Of a stretch of DNA of 64,000 nucleotides, positions 54,819 through 64,000 are shown one piece after another; positions within the stretch are counted from its first letter, which is position 1, and each line of letters begins with the position of its first letter. The position numbers were made by a program, and so were the translations under genes. Source of the stretch: Octopus vulgaris (lineage: Eukaryota). The stretch covers positions 2,294,001 to 2,358,000 of the forward strand of contig OX597839.1 in assembly GCA_951406725.2 (NCBI GenBank), given 5' to 3'. A model generated the notes under the pieces. It ran no database searches. It worked only from the letters and a program-made list of their open reading frames with translations, and was not told the origin of the DNA.

Positions 54819-55742
54819 ATTCTAAAAAGTTATTTTTCCTCCTCCCAACTTTTTTGTTCTGCAATTTTTATTCTTGTTGCCCGACGGATATTTGTGTTTT
54901 GAACAGAAATTCAGGATCGGTAAAGGAATAAAAAATTGTTCTAATTTAAAAAGCAAAAACAAAAACTACCTTTTTAATTAATAAAACAGTTCTCTCCTTT
55001 TTCTTTTCTTTTTTTTTTTTTTACCTTAATTAGAAACTAATTAGAGTTCGGAGATTTTCAGCTGCATTAGTTCATTTGTACTTCTAGATGTTGACACGAG
55101 CTTCGTAACCACGTCATTCGGGTTCAGACCAGCGGCACCTCAAGCAAGTAAGTTCTACAAGAGCCCGGGGCCCACAAATGGATTGTGAGTTAATTTGATA
55201 AAATAATGATTTCAAATTTTAGTTCAGTTAGCGCACAACTTACTGGTACTTATTTAATCGAACCCGAAAGGGATGAAATGCAAAGTTGATTTCGGCGGAA
55301 TTCGAACTCAGAACGTAGACAAACGAAATAATGCTAAGCATTTTTACTAGGGTTTCAAATTTTGGCTCAAGGCCAGCAATTTCGGAAGAGAGGTTGAGTC
55401 AATTATATCGACCCCAGTACTCAACTGATACTAATTCAATCGACCCCAAAAGGGATAAGAGGCAAAGTCGGCCACAGAGGAATTTGAACTCAGAATCGCT
55501 TGGTCTTAATCAATTATGTCGCCCTCAGTACCTATGCGAGTAGCATTCATCCGTAGGCGTTCATAGGTTTAAAATGTTTGAGAACCACTACTCGGTACGG
55601 CCTAGGGCTAAACACTACCATCGGTGTCGCCAACAGTAATACCAACACCCTCCACAACCGCAACAACATCATTAATATCAACAACAATACCACCACTAAC
55701 AATAACAACAACTGTAACACCAACAGCAACAACAGCAGCCGT

Positions 55743-55937
55743 CCAAGAATTTGGACCTGGAGATCTCCATTTCCGTCGACTTCGAAGGCCACCTCCCAGT
55801 GGTGTCGGGCGTCAACGAAGAGCCCTCGACTACAACAAGACGACCAAAGTTTTTTTTTTCCACGGTCTGGGGTCTCCCGCCCCTAAGCCCTAGACCATCA
55901 CCTAATCACCCTTACCCGTCTTGTTGCTTAACAACAA

Positions 55938-55968
<31 letters not shown>

Positions 55969-55972
55969 AACA
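55743..55972 (+). mobile_element. Repeat family F, copy 2, inside an (AAC)n-rich tract
   Basis: Matches 8762-8965. Confidence 0.75.
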
Positions 55973-56599
55973 AACCCAACAATAATAAGCCCACCACCAT
56001 CACCGCCAAAAGCAACAATAGTAAGAACTACGTTACCACCACCACCAACAACAACAACAACAACAACAACAAAAGTAACAACTCCGTCACCATCAGCACC
56101 AACGCCATCATCGACAACGTCAACAACTCCAGCACGCCTGGCTGAATGTAGATATAACATTGATAAAGAGCTTTAGAACAGAAACCGGTAAATAATTGAA
56201 GTGTGAGGCGTGGGTGATAAAAGGTTAAGTTTTATATTTGAAAAGTTCAGGTTTCCTCAGAAACTGAGAGATCGGTAAACAGTGAGAGTAAACAAAACAA
56301 TGAAATATCAAAAGAGCTACAATGTGGTCACCCTGTATGCCAGAAATGACAGTCAAATCGCTCTTGTTTTCTCTGTCTTCACTCCTTTCATTCATCCCTC
56401 CCTCCATTCCTCCCACACCTGCCTCTCCCCCTCCTATAGTTATTTTCACACCATCCCCAACACGTTCCTTACATTACTGTCTCGTGTCTAGGAGGTCAAT
56501 TCTCTCTTTTCATAGATATATGAAATATTGTGTGGTAAGGGAGACAACAAATCAATGTTTCAGGTGTGTCACAATTATATCTATCAATCTACTTTAACA

Positions 56600-57515
56600 C
56601 ATGCACAGGTGTGTGTGCGCGCACACACACACACATACGCACGCATACGCGTACATACACATTCGCAGAGACACATACATACACACACTCGTGCTCGTTC
56701 ATAGACCTACATACGCACAAATACACGTTCACAAACACACATACACATATAGAGGCAGACACACACATACACACATTTACACACGAACATACGCTTTTAT
56801 AAACACACAAACACACACATGCACACACATACACATACACACATAAACACACACATTCTCTAACAGAGGTACACACCCACAAATGCACACAGGCGTGCAC
56901 ACACACACATACTTATTCATGCACTCACACATACACACAAACACTCACTCACACACACTCACACACACGCATACGCATGTTGACACACATACAGACACAC
57001 ATACACATATATATTTATTCACACTCATACAGGTGCATAAACACACTCAGACACGCACTCACACACGTGCATACAGACAGACAGACAGACACACACACAC
57101 ACACACACAGTGACATACTCATTTAGATACACATACACATGCACACACATACACACACATATTTATTTACACGCTCATACAGACACACAAACTCACTCAT
57201 ACACACACACACACATACACACACACATACACACACACGTACGCATGCACGCACACACAAACACACACACGTACGCATGCACACACACACACACATACGC
57301 ACATAAACACACTTACATACACAAATACACATTTAGATACATATACACATGCATACGCATACAAACCCAAGTACACATACTTATTTGTTCACCCCCTCAT
57401 ACAGGCACTCAAACACACACACACACACAAACACACAGCCACAAATACACACACCCACAAACATACGCACACACAAACACAAATACAGTTACGCGCGCGC
57501 GCACTCATACACACG
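56600..57515. repeat. Degenerate (CA)n-rich low-complexity tract
   Basis: Directly visible. Confidence 0.85.
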
Positions 57516-57776
57516 AATGCCCTTAAAATAGAAATTAATCGATAAATTTGTGAAGAATTTGCCAAGAATTTGGAGCAAATGTTTATTAGCAAAATACCAA
57601 ATATACCATTCCATCATATTCTTTCTTTCTTTCTTTCTTTTTCTCTTTCTTTCTTTCGTTCGTTCTTTCCTTTCTTTCTTCCATATCTGATGCGAGATTC
57701 TATTATTTTTATATATATATCTTTTGGAATGCTGACATATCTATCAATAACATATCGATTCTCATACACTTATTAT

Positions 57777-57823
<47 letters not shown>

Positions 57824-57854
57824 CGACGACAATGAAACTCGTAATAATAAAAGG

Positions 57855-58011
57855 TGCAAGCATGGCTGTGTAGTAAGCCGTTTGCATCCCAAACACTTGG
57901 TTCGGGGTTCATTCCCACTGCGTGGTACCTTGGGCAAATATTCTCTATTGTAGCCTCCGTCTAAACAAAGTCTTCTGAATTTGGTTTACGGAAACTGAAA
58001 GAAGCCTGTCG
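57855..58011 (+). mobile_element. SINE B 5' half, diverged
   Basis: atggctgtgtagtaag..gggttcattcccactgcgtggtaccttgggcaa. Confidence 0.75.
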
Positions 58012-58156
58012 TGTCAACTTACTTTTGATAAAGGGAGCAAAAGTGTATTGACAATATGGGTGCATACTTTGATGAATAAAACTATTCCTTGTATTTATAA
58101 AACATTAGCAAACTTTTTTTTTCTTTTCTACAAATTTCATACTTGACGACCTAATA
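58012..58156 (+). mobile_element. Mariner 3' end (transposase C-terminus + TIR remnant)
   Basis: QKCIDNMGAYFDE* resembles the mariner WQKC...G.YFD terminus; ends acctaa|TA. Confidence 0.6.
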
Positions 58157-58162
58157 TATATA

Positions 58163-58340
58163 TAGATCGCTAGCCACTAAACCTTTTTTTTATTTTCTCC
58201 CCTGTTTATTTCTGTGTTCCTTTCAGTCGAAGAGCGTAGGCTCGAAACGTAAAAGACTTTCTCATTTCCCGAGCGTTAAACTAATACATCTGTTTGTGGT
58301 TTACACACCTGTCTTCGTCTTTTGCTGTATTATAAATTTT

Positions 58341-58344
<4 letters not shown>
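58163..58344 (+). mobile_element. PLE-like terminal element with hammerhead motif (58220-58255)
   Basis: cttt-CAGTCGA-A-gagc-gtag-gctc-GAAA-cg-TA-aaag; (TA)n both sides. Confidence 0.65.
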
Positions 58345-58398
<54 letters not shown>

Positions 58399-58739
58399 CA
58401 AAATGAGATAACAAAGCTAAGGCTGTAAGGAGTTTTCAGGACATTTATAAGGAAAAAGATATAGATATAGTATTACAGATGTTTCTGGGATATTATGGAT
58501 ACCCCTCCATCAGAGACGGTGTAAGATGATTAAAGAGAGGTAAATATTTGTGTTCGAAATAAGGAATTATTATGGAAAAAGAGGAAATAGGGAATATAGA
58601 GGGAAATAAGAGAATGAAAGTAGAAATAAATTACAAATAAAATGTCTTATTTCATTCTCTTAATTCATTCTTTTATATTATATTATATTATAATGTATTA
58701 TATTATATTATATTATATTATATTATATTATATTATATT

Positions 58740-58782
<43 letters not shown>

Positions 58783-58956
58783 TACATACATACATACATA
58801 CATACATACATACATACATACATACATACATACATACATACATACATACATGCATGCATACATACATACATACATACATACATACATACAAACATACATA
58901 CATACATACATACATACATACATACATACATACATACATACATACATACATGCATG

Positions 58957-59600
58957 CATATATGGGTACAGGACGTCACCAACGGTGAAAATAACATGAA
59001 ATACGTAAACAAGAAAAAATGGAAAACAAGTAAACACAGTTGTCGGCTGTCTATCTACTCCTCATTTCGAGCATTCAACGGCAATATGAGTCTTCAAAGA
59101 CAGTTTCTCCCATGAAATTCTAAGATAAAATTTAGGATTTATGGAGGGTCAAAGTTGGGAACAAAAAAATGACAGTGGAGACGTACAAAGAAACCGAACG
59201 TAACCAAGTATGGAGGGTCGTTAGACCAGAACGAGAGGAAAATAGTGAGCGTTGGGAGAAACACTTTTTTGAAAGGAGAAAAGATAGAAGAGAGGAAAAC
59301 ACTTCGTTCTTTTAAACGTCTGTGCAGGATAAGAAAGATAGTCACTTGAGGAAAAGAAAGATGCATGATGGTCACGTATGAGCAACGAGAGAGAGAGGAA
59401 GAGGGAGAAGAGAAAGAAAGGGAGAGACAGAGACAGATAGAAAACGGTGAAGGAGGAAGGGGAGAAAAAGGAAATTATAGAAAGATGGAGGAAGAAAATA
59501 GTATAGAGTAGAGAGTAGAGAGTCGCATATGGGTACAGGACGTCACCAACGGTGCAAATAACATGAAATACGTAAACAAGAAAAATGGAAAGCAGGACAA
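58957..59600 (-). mobile_element. PLE-like element with partial tandem pLTR
   Basis: Direct repeat 58957-59030 / 59527-59595 around a purine/pyrimidine-skewed body; terminus gtcctgtacccatatatgc. Confidence 0.6.
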
Positions 59601-59607
59601 TATATAT

Positions 59608-59655
<48 letters not shown>

Positions 59656-59659
<4 letters not shown>

Positions 59660-59841
59660 ACAAAGGGTAAAATTAATTAATTAAGAAGTAATTAATAATT
59701 TCACCAAGTAGAATTCGGTATGAAAAAGGACCATTTCTAGAGAGTCCCTTTTTAAAGTAGAAGAAATAGCTAAGATTTTTGGCTACTATTTCTAAACTTC
59801 GGTGTGTGGTGAAGCAAATCTTCGCTGAACCCTTTTATTAA

Positions 59842-59842
<1 letters not shown>
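59656..59842 (+). mobile_element. Homolog of the 9751 foldback element retaining head + inverted arm only
   Basis: aataacaaagggt.aaattaattaattaagaagtaat..taatttcaccaagtagaattc and tttaaagtagaa..ctatttctaaacttc..gctgaaccc. Confidence 0.75.
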
Positions 59843-59890
<48 letters not shown>

Positions 59891-59892
<2 letters not shown>

Positions 59893-60148
59893 TTTAACAA
59901 TTAAGGATAACCTCTTAATAAGGGATCTTAACAAGAAATTATCGGGTAGTTAGCGTGAAAACCTCATAAAAGAAAAGAATTCGAAAATAATTTTTTTCTT
60001 TTGAACAAATTAATTATATCTATATTGTATAGAGGGCATTATTACATATAAATGCCTCACACTAAGAGGGACAAAGTCATTACTTTGTAATGACTTTGTC
60101 CTCTTAGTGTGAGGCATTTATATGTAATAATGCCCTCTATACAATATA
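59891..60148 (+). mobile_element. (TA)n-embedded foldback element
   Basis: Near-perfect ~62-bp hairpin 60021-60083 / 60087-60148, 3-nt loop; terminal hairpin 59906-59943 + gggtagttagcgtgaaaa. Confidence 0.7.
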
Positions 60149-60166
60149 TATATATATACATACATA

Positions 60167-60318
60167 TACGACGGGGTTTCAGTTTCCATCTAAAAATCCA
60201 CTCACAAGCTTTTGGTCAGCCCGAGGCTATAGTAGAAGACATTTGCCCAAAGTGTCGCAAAGTGGAACTGAACCCATAACCATGTGGTTAGGAAGCAAGC
60301 TTCTTACCACACTGCTAC
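60167..60318 (-). mobile_element. SINE B 5' half
   Basis: tccactcacaag..cccgaggctatagtagaagaca. Confidence 0.75.
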
Positions 60319-60613
60319 TTTTGCCTCTAGTAGACTCGGTTTTACTTAATCTGTCGTCGGCAAATGCATGAGCTATCACCTATCTGTGAAATCAACATTA
60401 TCACTTTTTAAAGCCTCTAAACTAATTAACAAAGAAACATACCAATTAATTATTTAAATTCAAGTGTTAATTAACGCAGATGGAAACGTAGATTAAAGCT
60501 AAACTTAATCAATGAATTAATGAGCAGGTAATTCATTTATTTAATTAAAAAATATCATTAGACCGTGAAGCACGTATGTATGTATGTATGTATGTATCTA
60601 TCTATTTATCTAT

Positions 60614-60652
<39 letters not shown>

Positions 60653-61546
60653 TTTACACACATAAATACATGCGTATACACACAAATACACACACACACA
60701 AATTAACACACACAAATACATACATACACACATTCATAGATAGATAGATACATACAGACAGACAGACATACAAACATACATACAGATATACATACATACA
60801 TACATATATACACGCACATAATTTCATTCTATATTTTTAAATTAATGACGTGAATATGCATGCGATTAAATTTGTGTGTATATATTTAAGTATGTACATG
60901 TAAATTTCACTCAAATTATATATATTATTTATATATGGGTATATATATATATATATTTATTTATATTTATATATGGGTATATATATGTGTGTGTGTATGT
61001 GTGTGTGTGTGTGTGTTTGCATCTGTGTGCGTGCGCGTGTGTATGTGCGTGTTTGTGTGTATCTCTGAGTGTGTGTGCCTGTGTGTGTGTGTGTGTGTGA
61101 GAGTGAGTCTGTCTGTCTGTCTGTGTGCAATGACATGCAATACAAGAATGGAATAAAACATTTCTGCACATTTAGAAAAGAAAAGAAAAAAACCTTTAGT
61201 AATTTCCGCCATGATACTCTATCGCTGTGATACCGAATAAAGCCTGCCATTAGCTTTATGTAACACAAACGAGAAGAGATAATTAATTGATCGTTAACTG
61301 TCATCAAAGTATCAAGTGACTCACAAACTGTGTCCAATTGTTTGCTGTCGCCACTTAAAGCGTCGAAACTGCGAATCCTGAGCGATATAGCTGACGAGAA
61401 GTAAATTTTCGTTTGATCTGTCTTTTGCGTGCTTTAATCGTTTATATTCATTCCTAACAATCATGATTGCCTATACACACACCCATCTTTTATCGTATAT
61501 TGTGCTTTGTTCATATATACATACATAGATACACATATACACACAT

Positions 61547-61754
61547 GATTCGCCATGATAGATCGTTAGCCACTACACACATTTTTTTTCTCTCCTTGTT
61601 TCTCTCCTTGTTTTTTTTCTGTGTCCCTTTCTGTAGAAGAGCGTAGGCTCGAAACGTAAAAGACTTTTTCTATTCTTGAGCGTTATACTAATACCTCTGT
61701 TTGTTTTGTACACCACCTGTCTTCGTCTTTTGTTTACTTTCGTAAACTCTCCCT
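61547..61754 (+). mobile_element. PLE-like terminal element with hammerhead motif (61627-61662)
   Basis: cttt-CTGTAGA-A-gagc-gtag-gctc-GAAA-cg-TA-aaag; ends in (TA)n. Confidence 0.7.
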
Positions 61755-61778
61755 ATATATATAAATATATATATATAT

Positions 61779-62248
61779 ATAATACAAAATAAGAAAATGG
61801 AGAAATATATTTAAATCATTCATCAACTATCAGATAATACCGAATCACATACTTTATTAAGACACTACACAAGAGCATTAAGATTAGACATTAATTTATT
61901 AGATTAGACATTTATATTTATTTAGTTATATCTCATTATAATGATTGTAATTATTGTACTGTATTAATGTCTAATCTTAATGCTCTTGTGTAGTGTTTTA
62001 ATAAAGTATGTGATTCTGTATTATCTGATAGTTGATGAATGATTTAGATATATTTCTCCATTTTCTTATTTTGTATTATTAATTTATGGTAAAAATAATT
62101 TTACCTTTGCCCACCTAATACAGTAAATGAATTAATTGCATCGCAATTCTTAACATTTATGTATTAGCTTTGTTGGGTACTTCTCTAGCAGTATATTGGA
62201 TATATGTTATCCCATGGAGGGTTGAATTTACAACCCCTATCTCATTTT
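61779..62248. mobile_element. (TA)n-embedded foldback element
   Basis: 117-bp inverted arms 61779-61895 / 61963-62079; terminal hairpin gggttg-aattta-caaccc at 62219-62236. Confidence 0.65.
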
Positions 62249-62249
62249 A

Positions 62250-62289
<40 letters not shown>

Positions 62290-62293
<4 letters not shown>

Positions 62294-63341
62294 TGAAACT
62301 TTAGCGACTGAAGAAGGGGATTTTTCGTTGTGCTTATTGTCCTGTATCTCCTTTTTTTTGCCTGTCTTGTTCCTTGGTTTGTGTCTATGTTTTTCGTCTC
62401 TCTATGTGTTCGACGTCTTTTTGGTGTCCTGTACACATATATGCGTGTATATGTACATGTAGAGGTAGGTACGTACATATATGTTTATATATATGCATAT
62501 ATTGTATTAACATATTATACGACTAAACGCACGCACCCTATTAAGTAAGATTGTTCTGTTTATCAAGTTCGCCTTGATATTAACTCTCACGCGACTCTGC
62601 ATCTTTCTTTCTTTCTCTCCCATTCCTTTTTCGTCTTTTTTCCCTCACTTAACTTGTCTCTTCCTCTCTCTCTCCCCCTCACTGTTCTTCATGGTCTCCT
62701 CGCACCATTCCCCTTCTTCTCTCTCTTCCTCTTGCTCCTCCTCCCCCATTCCCGTCGTCCATCTGCGACCTTACTTCCGTCGTAACTGCTATCCTGTCCT
62801 TTCTCGCCCGCCTTCTAAGGCTACTGGTCGACATCTTCCTCTCTCGTCGTCCACTATAATCCAGCGTTTGCAATACTTTTTTCGTCTGGCGTTAACAGCC
62901 CTTCTTATCTTGTTCTCCTTGTCCTGTCTCTCACTGTTATATATTTATTTTTCCACTGTTTATATATATATTTTTTACTGTTTATATGTTTGTACTGTCG
63001 TTACCGTCTTGCTTTTTTTACCCCTCTGCGAAAAGATCTCAGAATTTTAATTGATTTGCTTTTCTCAGGAAGGAATTTTTCTTCGAAGTATACGTCTCGC
63101 TTTTATCCTTCGAAACGTTTAGTAGATGAAACTTTAGCGACTGAAGAAGGGGATTTTTCGTTGTGCTTATTGTCCTGTATCTCCTTTTTTTTGCCTGTCT
63201 TGTTCCTTGGTTTGTGTCTATGTTTTTCGTCTCTCTATGTGTTCGACGTCTTTTTGGTGTCCTGTACACATATATGCGTGTATATGTACATGTAGAGGTA
63301 GGTACGTACATATATGTTTATATATATGCATATATTTTATT

Positions 63342-63345
<4 letters not shown>
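62290..63345 (+). mobile_element. PLE 3' region with upstream partial pLTR in direct orientation
   Basis: 62290-62515 almost identical to 63123-63345; body is pyrimidine-rich and begins with a possible FIK.F...N endonuclease end; (TA)n flanks. Confidence 0.65.
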
Positions 63346-63387
<42 letters not shown>

Positions 63388-63410
63388 TATACACATATAT
63401 ATATATGTAT

Positions 63411-63499
<89 letters not shown>

Positions 63500-63520
63500 G
63501 ATATATATAGATAGACAGAC

Positions 63521-63615
<95 letters not shown>

Positions 63616-63854
63616 TAGACAGATAGACAGACAGGCAGACAGACAGACAGGCAGACAGACAGACAGACAGACAGATAGATAAATAGATAGATACAGAGGG
63701 AAAGAAAGTGGGAGAGAGATGGCCAATTCATTCTTCAAATGTTGCACTTCCCCCTTTTTGAGTTAATTCCAACTTCTTATTGCAGAGCCTTCAAAAGTCG
63801 CACCATTTGAACCAGTCCCAACTTCTAATTACTGAACCCTGTAAAAAGGAACGC

Positions 63855-63993
63855 AGTGATGAAGCCGTCCAATGTACTGTTGATGGCTTTTTTTACCAAC
63901 AGGATGAAAGCTTCTTCACCAATGGAATCGAAACATTGCAACACCGATGCAAGAAGTGTTGCAGACCGCAAGGAGGACTACGTTGAAAAATAA
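63855..63993 (+). pseudogene. Mariner transposase C-terminal fragment
   Basis: SDEAVQ..FFYQQDESFFTNGIETLQHR.KKC../DRKEDYVEK*. Confidence 0.75.
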
Positions 63994-64000
63994 ACCTCAA

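Noticed and set aside
62574-63050. 158-aa hydrophobic ORF as a host membrane protein
   Set aside because: Product of a pyrimidine-rich PLE-like 3' region bounded by pLTR direct repeats; non-ATG start and no domain motif.

Overview
Repeat-saturated, AT-rich eukaryotic non-coding DNA. The SINE repertoire and extreme microsatellite load look most like an octopus (coleoid cephalopod) genome; this is an inference from pattern recognition, not a database match. No intact host gene or convincing exon was found, and nearly all supplied ORFs are microsatellite artefacts. The window holds four tRNA-derived SINE families (labelled A-D here), decayed LINEs (R4/Dong-like RLE, RTE, CR1) and Penelope-like element (PLE) remnants. 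DNA transposons include one full-length but inactivated DD34D mariner, maT (DD37D), Tc1 and mariner fragments, two Helitron pieces, hAT and Merlin/MULE-like MITEs; there are also several minisatellites. Three signals stand out. (1) Six ~200-bp microsatellite-embedded elements carry a variant minimal hammerhead ribozyme supported by compensatory base changes. (2) A set of (TA)n-embedded foldback elements is divergent in sequence but shares a terminal hairpin plus an RGTRG..Y(A/G)GYRTG..AAAA-like motif. (3) An R4/Dong-like RT reading frame is interrupted by (ATG)n expansions exactly at its Met codons.
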